A stretch of DNA of 64,000 nucleotides from Narcine bancroftii (GCF_036971445.1 NC_091478.1:107074001-107138000); one strand, 5' to 3'. Shown: positions 1 through 11,492, counted from the first letter of the stretch. A program made the numbers and translations. The notes: a model not told the origin generated them from the letters alone.

Positions 1-99
1 CCTTTCTGCCCACACACTTATTTCCTGGAATTGAAGGAAAGAGACAGAAAGAGTGAGGGGTGAGAGTAAATTATAAATGTCCATTGCCACGTTTGTTCG

Positions 100-596
100 G
101 TGGATCAGAAGGCAAGGGTAAGAGAGAGGAGGGCAGAGGTCGAGGAAGGGCAGTGCAGCGAGGAAGGCAGGGGAAGAGAGAGGGGCAGGGTTGATGAGAG
201 GGGCAAGAGGGTTGGAGGGAGATGAGCAGGAGGGAGAGAGGTGGGTCAGGGTTGGAGGGAGGAGGGCAGAGAAAGGTTGGGCTGGGGTGTGGATCAGGGA
301 TGGAGGAGGGTCAGGCAGGATTGGAAAGAGGTGGGGAGAAAAGAAGGCAGGGCTGGAGGGAGGTTCAGGGCTGGGTTGGAGGGAGACAGTTGGACAGAGG
401 AAGGGGTGGGGTAAGTGCGTTGCATGGGGTAGGCTGGAGGGAGAATTGAAGCTGGGCTGTGGGGAGGTGGGTCAGTGCTGGAGGTGGGTGGGCAGAGGGA
501 GGGGCAAGGGCAAGGTCCAGTGGGAGGGTAGGGGCGGAAACTGGGTCAGGGCTGGGTTGGAGGGGTGGGTAGAGGGAAGGGGCTGGGCTGTCAGGT
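100..596. repeat. G/purine-rich low-complexity tract leading into the GC-box array
   Basis: Strong G/A skew on the + strand (gagagagg, gggaagag, gggtggg) with no clear period. Confidence 0.6.
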
Positions 597-3500
597 TGGG
601 CGGGGCGGAGTCTGGGGTGGCGCGGGGCGGGGCCTGGGCGCGAGGGGCGGTGTCTGGGGTGGCGCGGGGCGGAGTCTGGTGTGGCGCGGGGCGGGGCCTG
701 GGCTGGGCGCGCGGGGCGGAGTCTGGGGTGGCGCGGGGCGGAGTCTGGGGAGGCGCGGGGCGGAGTCTGGGGAGGCGCGGGGCGGAGTCTGGTGTGGCGC
801 GGGGCGGGGCCTGGGCTGGGCGCGCGGGGCGGAGTCTGGGGTGGCGCGGGGCGGAGTCTGGGGAGGCGCGGGGCGGAGTCTGGTGTGGCGCGGGGCGGGG
901 CCTGGGCTGGGCGCGCGGGGCGGAGTCTGGGGTGGCGCGGGGCGGGGCATGGGCTGGGCGCGCGGGGCGGAGTCTGGGGAGGCGCGGGGCGGAGTCTGGG
1001 GTGGCGCGGGGCGGGGCCTGGGCTGGGCGCGCGGGGCGGGGCCTGGGGAGGCGCGGGGCGGAGTCTGGGGTGGCGCGGGGCGGGGCCTGGGCTGGGCGCG
1101 CGGGGCGGAGTCTGGGGTGGCGCGGGGCGGAGACTGGGGAGGCGCGGGGCGGAGTCTGGGGAGGCGCGGGGCGGAGTCTGGTGTGGCGCGGGGCGGGGCC
1201 TGGGCTGGGCGCGCGGGGCGGAGTCTGGGGTGGCGCGGGGCGGAGTCTGGGGAGGCGCGGGGCGGAGTCTGGTGTGGCGCGGGGCGGGGCCTGGGCTGGG
1301 CGCGCGGGGCGGAGTCTGGGGTGGCGCGGGGCGGGGCATGGGCTGGGCGCGCGGGGCGGAGTCTGGGGAGGCGCGGGGCGGAGTCTGGGGTGGCGCGGGG
1401 CGGGGCCTGGGCTGGGCGCGCGGGGCGGGGCCTGGGGAGGCGCGGGGCGGAGTCTGGGGTGGCGCGGGGCGGGGCCTGGGCTGGGCGCGCGGGGCGGAGT
1501 CTGGGGTGGCGCGGGGCGGAGTCTGGGGAGGCGCGGGGCGGAGTCTGGGGTGGCGCGGGGCGGGGCCTGGGGAGGCGCGGGGCGGGGCCTGGGGAGGCGC
1601 GGGGCGGAGTCTGGGGTGGCGCGGGGCGGAGTCTGGGGTGGCGCGGGGCGGAGTCTGGGGAGGCGCGGGGCGGAGTCTGGGGTGGCGCGGGGCGGAGTCT
1701 GGGGTGGCGCGGGGCGGGGCCTGGGTGGCGCGGGGCGGAGTCTGGGGAGGCGCGGGGCGGAGTCTGGTGTGGCGCGGGGCGGGGCCTGGGCTGGGCGCGC
1801 GGGGCGGAGTCTGGGGTGGCGCGGGGCGGGGCCTGGGCTGGGCGCGCGGGGCGGAGTCTGGGGAGGCGCGGGGCGGAGTCTGGGGTGGCGCGGGGCGGGG
1901 CCTGGGCGCGCGGGGCGGAGTCTGGGTTGGCGCGGGGCGGAGTCTGGGGAGGCGCGGGGCGGAGTCTGGTGTGGCGCGGGGCGGGGCCTGGGCTGGGCGC
2001 GCGGGGCGGAGTCTGGGGAGGCGCGGGGCGGAGTCTGGGGTGGCGCGGGGCGGAGTCTGGGGAGGCGCGGGGCGGAGTCTGGTGTGACGCGGGGCGGGGC
2101 CTGGGCTGGGCGCGCGGGGCGGAGTCTGGGGTGGCGCGGGGCGGGGCCTGGGCGCGCGGGGCGGAGTCTGGGGTGGCGCGGGGCGGAGTCTGGGGAGGCG
2201 CGGGGCGGAGTCTGGGGAGGCGCGGGGCGGAGTCTGGTGTGGCGCGGGGCGGGGCCTGGGCTGGGCGCGCGGGGCGGAGTCTGGGGAGGCGCGGGGCGGA
2301 GTCTGGGGAGGCGCGGGGCGGAGTCTGGGGTGGCGCGGGGCGGGGCCTGGGTGGCGCGGGGCGGAGTCTGGGGTGGCGCGGGGCGGAGTCTGGGGAGGCG
2401 CGGGGCGGAGTCTGGTGTGGCGCGGGGCGGAGTCTGGTGTGGCGCGGGGCGGGGCGGAGTCTGGGGAGGCGCGGGGCGGAGTCTGGTGTGACGCGGGGCG
2501 GGGCCTGGGCTGGGCGGAGTCTGGGGAGGCGCGGGGCGGAGTCTGGGGAGGCGCGGGGCGGAGTCTGGGGTGGCGCGGGGCGGAGTCTGGGGAGGCGCGG
2601 GGCGGAGTCTGGGGTGGCGCGGGGCGGAGTCTGGGGAGGCGCGGGGCGGAGTCTGGGGAAGCGCGGGGCGGGGCCTGGGCGCGCGGGGCGGAGTCTGGGG
2701 TGGCGCGGGGCGGAGTCTGGGGAGGAGACTGGGGAGGCGCGGGGCGGGGCCTGGGCGCGAGGGGCGGAGTCTGGGGTGGCGCGGGGCGGAGTCTGGGGTG
2801 GCGCGGGGCGGAGTCTGGGGAGGCGCGGGGCGGAGTCTGGGGAAGCGCGGGGCGGGGCCTGGGCGCGCGGGGCGGAGTCTGGGGAGGCGCGGGGCGGGGC
2901 CTGGGCTGGGCGCGCGGGGCGGAGTCTGGGGAGGCGCGGGGCGGAGTCTGGGGTGGCGCGGGGCGGAGTCTGGGGAGGCGCGGGGCGGAGTCTGGTGTGG
3001 CGCGGGGCGGGGCCTGGGCTGGGCGCGCGGGGCGGAGTCTGGGGAGGCGCGGGGCGGAGTCTGGGGTGGCGCGGGGCGGGGCCTGGGGAGGCGCGGGGCG
3101 GGGCCTGGGCGCGCGGGGCGGAGTCTGGGGAGGCGCGGGGCGGAGTCTGGTGTGGCGCGGGGCGGGGCCTGGGCTGGGCGCGCGGGCGGAGTCTGGGGAG
3201 GCGCGGGGCGGAGTCTGGGGTGGCGCGGGGCGGAGTCTGGGGAGGCGCGGGGCGGAGTCTGGGGTGGCGCGGGGCGGAGTCTGGGGTGGCGCGGGGCGGG
3301 GCCTGGGTGGCGCGGGGCGGAGTCTGGGGAGGCGCGGGGCGGAGTCTGGTGTGGCGCGGGGCGGGGCCTGGGCTGGGCGCGCGGGGCGGAGTCTGGGGTG
3401 GCGCGGGGCGGGGCCTGGGCTGGGCGCGCGGGGCGGAGTCTGGGGAGGCGCGGGGCGGAGTCTGGGGTGGCGCGGGGCGGGGCCTGGGCGCGCGGGGCGG

Positions 3501-6289
3501 AGTCTGGGTTGGCGCGGGGCGGAGTCTGGGGAGGCGCGGGGCGGAGTCTGGTGTGGCGCGGGGCGGGGCCTGGGCTGGGCGCGCGGGGCGGAGTCTGGGG
3601 AGGCGCGGGGCGGAGTCTGGGGTGGCGCGGGGCGGAGTCTGGGGAGGCGCGGGGCGGAGTCTGGTGTGACGCGGGGCGGGGCCTGGGCTGGGCGCGCGGG
3701 GCGGAGTCTGGGGTGGCGCGGGGCGGGGCCTGGGCGCGCGGGGCGGAGTCTGGGGTGGCGCGGGGCGGAGTCTGGGGAGGCGCGGGGCGGAGTCTGGGGA
3801 GGCGCGGGGCGGAGTCTGGTGTGGCGCGGGGCGGGGCCTGGGCTGGGCGCGCGGGGCGGAGTCTGGGGAGGCGCGGGGCGGAGTCTGGGGAGGCGCGGGG
3901 CGGAGTCTGGGGTGGCGCGGGGCGGGGCCTGGGTGGCGCGGGGCGGAGTCTGGGGTGGCGCGGGGCGGAGTCTGGGGAGGCGCGGGGCGGAGTCTGGTGT
4001 GGCGCGGGGCGGAGTCTGGTGTGGCGCGGGGCGGGGCGGAGTCTGGGGAGGCGCGGGGCGGAGTCTGGTGTGACGCGGGGCGGGGCCTGGGCTGGGCGGA
4101 GTCTGGGGAGGCGCGGGGCGGAGTCTGGGGAGGCGCGGGGCGGAGTCTGGGGTGGCGCGGGGCGGAGTCTGGGGAGGCGCGGGGCGGAGTCTGGGGTGGC
4201 GCGGGGCGGAGTCTGGGGAGGCGCGGGGCGGAGTCTGGGGAAGCGCGGGGCGGGGCCTGGGCGCGCGGGGCGGAGTCTGGGGTGGCGCGGGGCGGAGTCT
4301 GGGGAGGAGACTGGGGAGGCGCGGGGCGGGGCCTGGGCGCGAGGGGCGGAGTCTGGGGTGGCGCGGGGCGGAGTCTGGGGTGGCGCGGGGCGGAGTCTGG
4401 GGAGGCGCGGGGCGGAGTCTGGGGAAGCGCGGGGCGGGGCCTGGGCGCGCGGGGCGGAGTCTGGGGAGGCGCGGGGCGGGGCCTGGGCTGGGCGCGCGGG
4501 GCGGAGTCTGGGGAGGCGCGGGGCGGAGTCTGGGGTGGCGCGGGGCGGAGTCTGGGGAGGCGCGGGGCGGAGTCTGGTGTGGCGCGGGGCGGGGCCTGGG
4601 CTGGGCGCGCGGGGCGGAGTCTGGGGAGGCGCGGGGCGGAGTCTGGGGTGGCGCGGGGCGGGGCCTGGGGAGGCGCGGGGCGGGGCCTGGGCGCGCGGGG
4701 CGGAGTCTGGGGAGGCGCGGGGCGGAGTCTGGTGTGGCGCGGGGCGGGGCCTGGGCTGGGCGCGCGGGCGGAGTCTGGGGAGGCGCGGGGCGGAGTCTGG
4801 GGTGGCGCGGGGCGGGGCCTGGGCTGGGCGCGCGGGGCGGAGTCTGGGGAGGCGCGGGGCGGAGTCTGGGGTGGCGCGGGGCGGGGCCTGGGGAGGCGCG
4901 GGGCGGGGCCTGGGCGCGCGGGGCGGAGTCTGGGGAGGCGCGGGGCGGAGTCTGGGGTGGCGCGGGTCGGAGTCTGGGGAGGCGCGGGGCGGAGTCTGGT
5001 GTGGCGCGGGGCGGAGTCTGGTGTGGCGCGGGGCGGGGCGGAGTCTGGGGAGGCGCGGGGCGGAGTCTGGGGTGGCGCGGGGCGGAGTCTGGGGAGGCGC
5101 GGGGCGGAGTCTGGTGTGGCGCGGGGCGGGGCCTGGGCTGGGCGCGCGGGGCGGAGTCTGGGGTGGCGCGGGGCGGGGCCTGGGCTGGGCGCGCGGGGCG
5201 GAGTCTGGGGAGGCGCGGGGCGGAGTCTGGGGTGGCGCGGGGCGGGGCCTGGGCTGGGCGCGCGGGGCGGGGCCTGGGGAGGCGCGGGGCGGGGACTGGG
5301 GAGGCGCGGGGCGGGGCCTGGGCTGGGCGCGCGGGCGGAGTCTGGGGAGGCGCGGGGCGGAGTCTGGGGTGGCGCGGGGCGGGTCCTGGGGTGGCGCGGG
5401 GCGGAGTCTGGGGTGGCGCGGGGCGGAGTCTGGGGAGGCGCGGGGCGGAGTCTGGGGTGGCGCGGGGCGGGGCCTGGGCTGGGCGCGCGGGGCGGAGTCT
5501 GGGGAGGCGCGGGGCGGAGTCTGGGGAAGCGCGGGGCGGAGTCTGGAGTGGCGCGGGGCGGAGTCTGGGGAGGCGCGGGGCGGAGTCTGGGGTGGCGCGG
5601 GGCGGGGCCTGGGGAGGCGCGGGGCGGGGCCTGGGGAGGCGCGGGGCGGGGCCTGGGGAGGCGCGGGGCGGGGCCTGGGCTGGGCGCGCGGGGCGGAGTC
5701 TGGGGTGGCGCGGGGCGGGGCCTGGGCTGGGCGCGCGGGGCGGGGCCTGGGGTGGCGCGGGGCGGAGTCTGGGGTGGCGCGGGGCGGAGTCTGGGGAGGC
5801 GCGGGGCGGAGTCTGGGGAGGCGCGGGGCGGGGCCTGGGGAGGCGCGGGGCGGAGTCTGGGCGCGGGGCGGAGTCTGGGCGCGGGGCGGAGTCTGGGCGC
5901 GGGGCGGAGTCTGGGCGCGGGGCGGAGTCTGGGCGCGGGGCGGAGTCTGGGCGCGGGGCGGAGTCTGGGCGCGGGGCGGAGTCTGGGCGCGGGGCGGAGT
6001 CTGGGCGCGGGGCGGAGTCTGGGCGCGGGGCGGAGTCTGGGCGCGGGGCGGAGTCTGGGCGCGGGGCGGAGTCTGGGCGCGGGGCGGAGTCTGGGCGCGG
6101 GGCGGAGTCTGGGCGCGGGGCGGAGTCTGGGCGCGGGGCGGAGTCTGGGCGCGGGGCGGAGTCTGGGCGCGGGGCGGAGTCTGGGCGCGGGGCGGAGTCT
6201 GGGCGCGGGGCGGAGTCTGGGCGCGGGGCGGAGTCTGGGCGCGGGGCGGAGTCTGGGCGCGGGGCGGAGTCTGGGCGCGGGGCGGGGCC
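597..6289. repeat. ~5.7 kb GC-rich modular tandem array (mostly ~21-bp units GGCGCGGGGCGGAGTCTGGGG(A/T) plus variants containing GGGGCGGGGCCTGGG(CTGGG))
   Basis: Periodicity is directly visible. Nearly every unit contains GGGGCGG(A/G)G. The array ends 28 nt before the MLYCD ATG. Confidence 0.97.
5843..6274. repeat. Perfect 18-bp tandem block GCGCGGGGCGGAGTCTGG x24 at the gene-proximal end of the array
   Basis: 432 bp / 18 = 24 identical units; seen as (APRPDS)n, (ARGGVW)n and (RGAESG)n in the ORF track. Confidence 0.95.
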
Positions 6290-6316
6290 AGTGCGCGGCC
6301 AGGCCCGGCGGACGGG

Positions 6317-6811
6317 ATGCGTTGGGTTCCGCCGCTGTGGAGCCGCTGGAGGCGGGCGGTTGCCAGCCTTGAGGCCCGGTTCGGCAGCGCGGCCCGAGGC
6401 GGCGCCATGGACGAGGTTCTCCGGCGGACCGTGGCGCCTGGGGAGACCCGGGACAAGCCGGCGCCGGCGGCCTCGCTGGAGCAGCAGACTCGGGAGTTCG
6501 TCCGCTTCTACCGCGGGCTGAGCGTCGAGCAGAGGCCGCTGCTCCTGGCCAAGCTGACGGCCGAGTACGGCGTGGAGCACGGCCGGGTGGGCGAGCTGTG
6601 TGGCCGGCTGCTCGAGGCCCAGGACCGCGGGCTGGCGACGCTGCTCCAGGCCGAGGAGCGGCTCAGGGAGTCGTTGTCCCCCCGCTACGCCCCCCTCATC
6701 GGCCGCATCTGCCGCCTGGACGACGGCGTCAAGTTCGTCGTGGAGCTGAGGGCCGACGTCCTGCGGTGGTTGCACAGCGGCCTGGCCGAGCAGCCCCTCC
6801 CCGAGGCTCGG
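6317..6811 (+). CDS. MLYCD: Malonyl-CoA decarboxylase, exon 1 (mitochondrial targeting peptide + N-terminal helical domain)
   Basis: [13 protein letters not shown]...GAMDEVLRR...FVRFYRGL...[16 protein letters not shown]...[17 protein letters not shown] matches MLYCD exon 1. Donor CGG|gtgagg at 6812, phase 0. Second in-frame ATG in strong Kozak context at 6407. Confidence 0.93.
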
Positions 6812-6902
6812 GTGAGGAGGCGGGGTGGGTTTGGGGGGCGGGCCGGGCCCGACTCCGAGCAACAGCGCCCCCAGTGGCCGCCAGCCCCAACCCCAGCCTG
6901 TC

Positions 6903-7256
6903 TGACCCCCAACGCCACCCCCTCCGTGACCCCAACGCCACCCCCTCCGTGACCCCAACGCCACCCCCTCCGTGACCCCAACGCCACCCCCTCCGTGACC
7001 CCAACGCCACCCCCTCCGTGACCCCAACGCCACCCCCTCCGTGACCCCAACGCCACCCCCTCCGTGACCCCAACGGCAACCCCTCCGTGACCCCAACGCC
7101 ACCCCCTCCGTGACCCCAACGCCACCCCCTCCGTGACCCCAACGCCAACCCCTCCGTGACCCCAACGCCACCCCCTCCGTGACCCCAACGCCACCCCCTC
7201 CGTGACCCCAACGCCACCCCCTCCGTGACCCCAACGCCACCCCCCTTGTGACCCCC
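6903..7256. repeat. 23-bp C-rich minisatellite GTGACCCCAACGCCACCCCCTCC, ~15 copies, start of intron 1
   Basis: Unit starts at 6926, 6949 ... 7202, 7225, 7248 (period 23). Confidence 0.95.
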
Positions 7257-9339
7257 ACTGCACCCAACGCCACGCCCTTTTGGGTGAATTGTGGAAGATG
7301 TTAAGTCGACATTTCTTTCGAAACTGGGATGTCTATCATCAGGGTACCTGAATTCATGGCTTTTCAGTCCAACTAGCTTGCATGAATTTCTTTGTTTCCT
7401 TTTGTGTTTGGATCCTTGGCTCCAGACTTTATGGGGGGGGTGTTATGTATTTTCTATAAAGACCGTCACGATTTCCTTGCTTTACGGTTGTCACGTATTC
7501 AACTTTCGGCCTTCATTATTTTTTTTCTTCTTATCCAATCTATAGTCTCTTCTTGCTCTTTAAAATATTTTATTGAGTTTAACAGAACAATCCATATACA
7601 AGATATTAATAACCATATAACCATTTACGGAGCAGAAACAGGCCATGTTGGCCTTTCGAGTCCACACCGGTATTCAGAGAAAGTTTTGAAAAGGTAATCC
7701 TACAAACATAATAACATACATTGCATAAAATTAAACACACACAATAGGACAAATTTTAAATTCCATCCCTTATTATTAAATGTGATTGTCCATTAAAATG
7801 ATTATGGGCATAAATCAGTGAAATGTTATTATAACAAATTGCATTGGACCTTAATAAAATCTAGAAAAAAAGATATTATCCAAGATAATCATAATTAAAA
7901 TCCATAAATCCATTTATCTAAAAAAAATCCTTAAAACTAACCCTCTAGTCAAGGTTACAAGAAAAATACTAAGATGGATCAGGTCGCGACCTCCAAAGGA
8001 AGACGGATCAGGCCCTAGAGCACCCAAATCATCTAAAACTGCCGGTTATGGGCCCCATATCTTTTCAAACTGGAACTTTTTTTTTATCTTCTAGTCTATT
8101 CTGAGAATTTATTTCCCTTTATCATTTTTTTGGGAATCTCTCAGTTCTAGTTTGCAAATATTTCCTTTGGTCTTTGCACTTTCTTTAATTTCTCTTCTAA
8201 TTGGACTACTTGTTCCTGAAGTGAGTTTGTGTCTTCAAGGAATTTATTGGAGTCATATGTTGCATCTTTATTGGCCAGCCATTGCCTATCTACTTCCATA
8301 CCCTTTCACACTTAATAGTTTATTTTGTTCAGATTGAACTAAAAGCACAAAAATGCTAGAGGAATTCAGGTAAAGATTTATTTCCAACATTTCAGGCCTG
8401 AGCCCTTTTACAATCAGAGTGTCTGTTGACTTTAGTGCTTCACTTCATTTGGTTCAGATTGAACTAGATTTTTAATATTTTCTGTAAATTCTATTGCACT
8501 GTGGTTTTCCCAGAGGCCCCTTAATTAAATACTTCTCATTCCATGGCACTTGATCTAAATTAGCCTTTTCCATATTCACTCCCTCAACATGCTGATTTGG
8601 ATATTCAACGTCGACCTTCTATGAATTCATGCACTTCACTTTCCCAGTATATATGTTGATTAAAATTCAATGATACTCTGTTATATGCATTTATTCTATG
8701 TCCTACATCAGAACAACTCTTTGATAGGATAAATCCCACCAATGTTTCTGCCTGATGTTGCAGTTTGCTTCACCCAAGCAGATTCTAATTCTAGACCAGG
8801 ATCTACTGTACCATTATTATCCAACGATACAAGCAGCTTTCTTTTTCTACAACATTCTTAAATGTCAAATATCTGGTTTGCTGCTTTAGATCAGTTAATG
8901 TGAGAATGGACAAGTGTAATTGATTAAAATATGGGGAATTCCTTTTGGATGTTCCAGAATGAATTTTTGAAGTCCTTTGAAGTATTCTCTCTCTTGCTCC
9001 TAAGATTGCAGAGGTTTATCCTTTGATTTTTGCTAATGAGCAGTCTATGTCATAACAAAATTCTATATGGATTCAGCATCTTTTCAATGAACCCTATTCA
9101 CCTAAATTTAGAATTATCCCAGCTTGATGACTGGTGATTAATTTGGGATTTCTGCATTGTATTCACTCATGAAAAGTGTAATGTGTCAGTACTTGATTCT
9201 GATAAGGACAGCTATCCTTGGGCTTTTGCATTCTTGATCTTGGGTGTTCATCTGAAGTGATAACTAATTGCACCTTACAATGGCTTATTGATGTATCTGT
9301 TCAATACAGAAAGATAAAAATGACAACTCCTTTCTAGCC

Positions 9340-10220
9340 CATATATCAATGATTGAGATAAAAATGTACCTGGCATGATGAGCAAGTTTGCAGATGACGC
9401 TAAAGTATCTACTATTGTAGATAGGAAGACACTTGCCAAAGATTGCAGCAGGATCGTGATTGGTTGGGTAGGTGGGTAGAGGAATAGTTGATGGTCTTGG
9501 CTGTAATTGTTATATGATTAGATCGGGTTGAGTGTAGGTCAGTGAGGTTAGGTGTAAGGAAGGACTAGAAGGGCCAAGTTGGCCTCTTTCTATGATGTAA
9601 TGGTTATAAATGTAATGTGTGAGATCTAATATGGGTCTAATTGACACAGTGAATGATGGGGATATGGGAAGTGTTGTAGAGCAGCTATTCTCCACTTTTT
9701 TTGGCTATGGCAATTAAGTTTAGTTATTTTCTGTACTTCTCTGATTAAATAAAAAATATGATTTCAGACAGTGCCCTCCCCCCAACCCCTGTTGTTCCCA
9801 GGGAAGCCGTACAGCCCCCATTGAGAATGGCTATTGTGGAGCAAAGGTATGTCGGAATATAGGTATATGGTACCTTGAACATGGCATCATAGGTAGATAC
9901 GGTAGTCAAAAAGGTTTTTGGCACATTGGCCTTCATCAACTGTGTATCGAAGTTGGGTACAAGATGTTGGACTATTGTATTCAGTTTTGGGTGTAGGAAC
10001 AATGTTGTCAAGCTGGAAAGGGCACGGAGAAGATTTACGAGGATGTTGCCAGGACTTCGGGAACTGAGTTGTAGAGGGGATGATCAGGCTGGAGCTTTAT
10101 TCAGTGGAGCGCAAGAGGATGAATGGTGATCTATTCGAGGTATGAGAGGAATAGATAGAATGAACATGGATTCTTTTGTTCAGTAACAAGAGGACACAGG
10201 TTTAAGGTGAGGGGGTGGAG
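9340..10220 (+). mobile_element. Decayed CR1 LINE 3' fragments
   Basis: aagtttgcagatgac (KFADD motif) near 9385. ORF 9926-10129 'NVVKLERARRRFTRMLPGL' is typical of the CR1 ORF2 C-terminus. Confidence 0.75.
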
Positions 10221-10239
10221 AAAAAATGAATAATTATTC

Positions 10240-10800
10240 CACAAATTGTAGGTCATCTTTTCAAGTAAATACTTGAATGGATTTCATTGTCACCTTTGCA
10301 TACTCAATTCAACATCGTTTTTCCAAGTGACAGCTGTACATTTTCTAGCTACTGCCAACCCTAGACATATGAATGCAATTTGAGATTTTTCCAGTCGCAA
10401 ACCTGTCGTTAGTGTATTCATATAACCCAATAAACATACTCATGGGTCAATTTATAGATCTATCTCAAATAAATCTCGCAAAAACAAAAATTTTTTCCCA
10501 AAAAGGTCTGACTTTTGTACATTCCCATACTGAATGTAAAAAAAAAGTACCTGTCTGTTCTCCACACCGAAAACACAAGTCTGATGAACATACTTTTCAG
10601 GGGTTAAATACAACTGATGCAAAAAATAGCTTACATTAATAAACTTCATAACACTGTCAACACACATGTTAGACCACTCCTCCAAAGATATAGGAATAGA
10701 TAGATGCTTCTCCCATTTATCTTTTGTTTTATATATATCAACCAAGGTGTGAGACTCTTGACTCTCTATCTAAACTATGTAGAAATACTTTTTTTTCCCA
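10240..10800 (-). mobile_element. Decayed L1/Tx1-type LINE ORF2 3' fragment
   Basis: 'KWEKHLSIPISLEEWSNMC...FLHQLYLTP', the same motif as the L1 piece at 57551. Confidence 0.6.
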
Positions 10801-11378
10801 AGCTCTACAGATGCTGAACAAAATTATTAACTTTCTCATTTGATTCGCTGAATTACTATGAAGTATTTTACCTGGCTAAGACGGATGAATTCTATTACAG
10901 ATAATTAATCTTCAGCTAAACTTTACTTCATGAACTTTGGTGTATTTTTAATGTCATGTTTTTTTAGGTTGAAGAATTCAAGTTTTTATTTGATGTTTTG
11001 ATACATTTGTTCAAACATTGCCTATTGCTGCAGATGTTGAGGTGTGGAACGCAACACTGCCTAGATAATGCACGTTCTCAATCAACATGTCACCAAATTT
11101 GAAATACTCTTTTAATAGCTCTTTGTTCAGTCATCTGATATATACTGCAGTTGTAAATGTAACTTTTGATAAGGCACTGTTATTCAATAGTATTGAAAAT
11201 TCAAAACAATTTTGCAGCTTTGGTTTCTTAAAACTTAGTATTTCTGAATTAGTTTATAAGATCATTTGGTTTATTCATGTTAACATTGCCATTCTATGAG
11301 GATTATCAATATTTGGCCAATGTGTGTAAAAAGTTTTTGTGCAGTTTAAAATTTGCCATGAATGCACATTATCCTGAT

Positions 11379-11492
11379 GGAGAGGTCAATGTAGGACGGA
11401 GAGGTCAATGTAGGACGGAGAGGTCAATGTAGGACGGAGAGGTCAATGTAGGACGGAGAGGTCAATGTAGGACGGAGAGGTCAATGTAGGAC
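11379..11492. repeat. 19-bp perfect minisatellite GGAGAGGTCAATGTAGGAC x6
   Basis: Six identical units read directly. Confidence 0.95.

Larger units (their letters stand above)
5843..6900 (+). promoter_or_regulatory. CpG-island, GC-box (Sp1/KLF), TATA-less promoter region of MLYCD
   Basis: Very high CpG density through exon 1, consensus GC boxes directly upstream of the ATG and no TATA box. The TSS cannot be determined from sequence. Confidence 0.7.

Noticed and set aside
191-7273. Giant ORFs (up to 2302 aa) on both strands, Pro/Arg/Ala- or Gly/Arg-rich, superficially mucin- or viral-repeat-like
   Set aside because: They are six-frame read-through of a stop-poor GC tandem array, with the same peptides recurring in all frames. 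Only 6317-6811 has real protein similarity.
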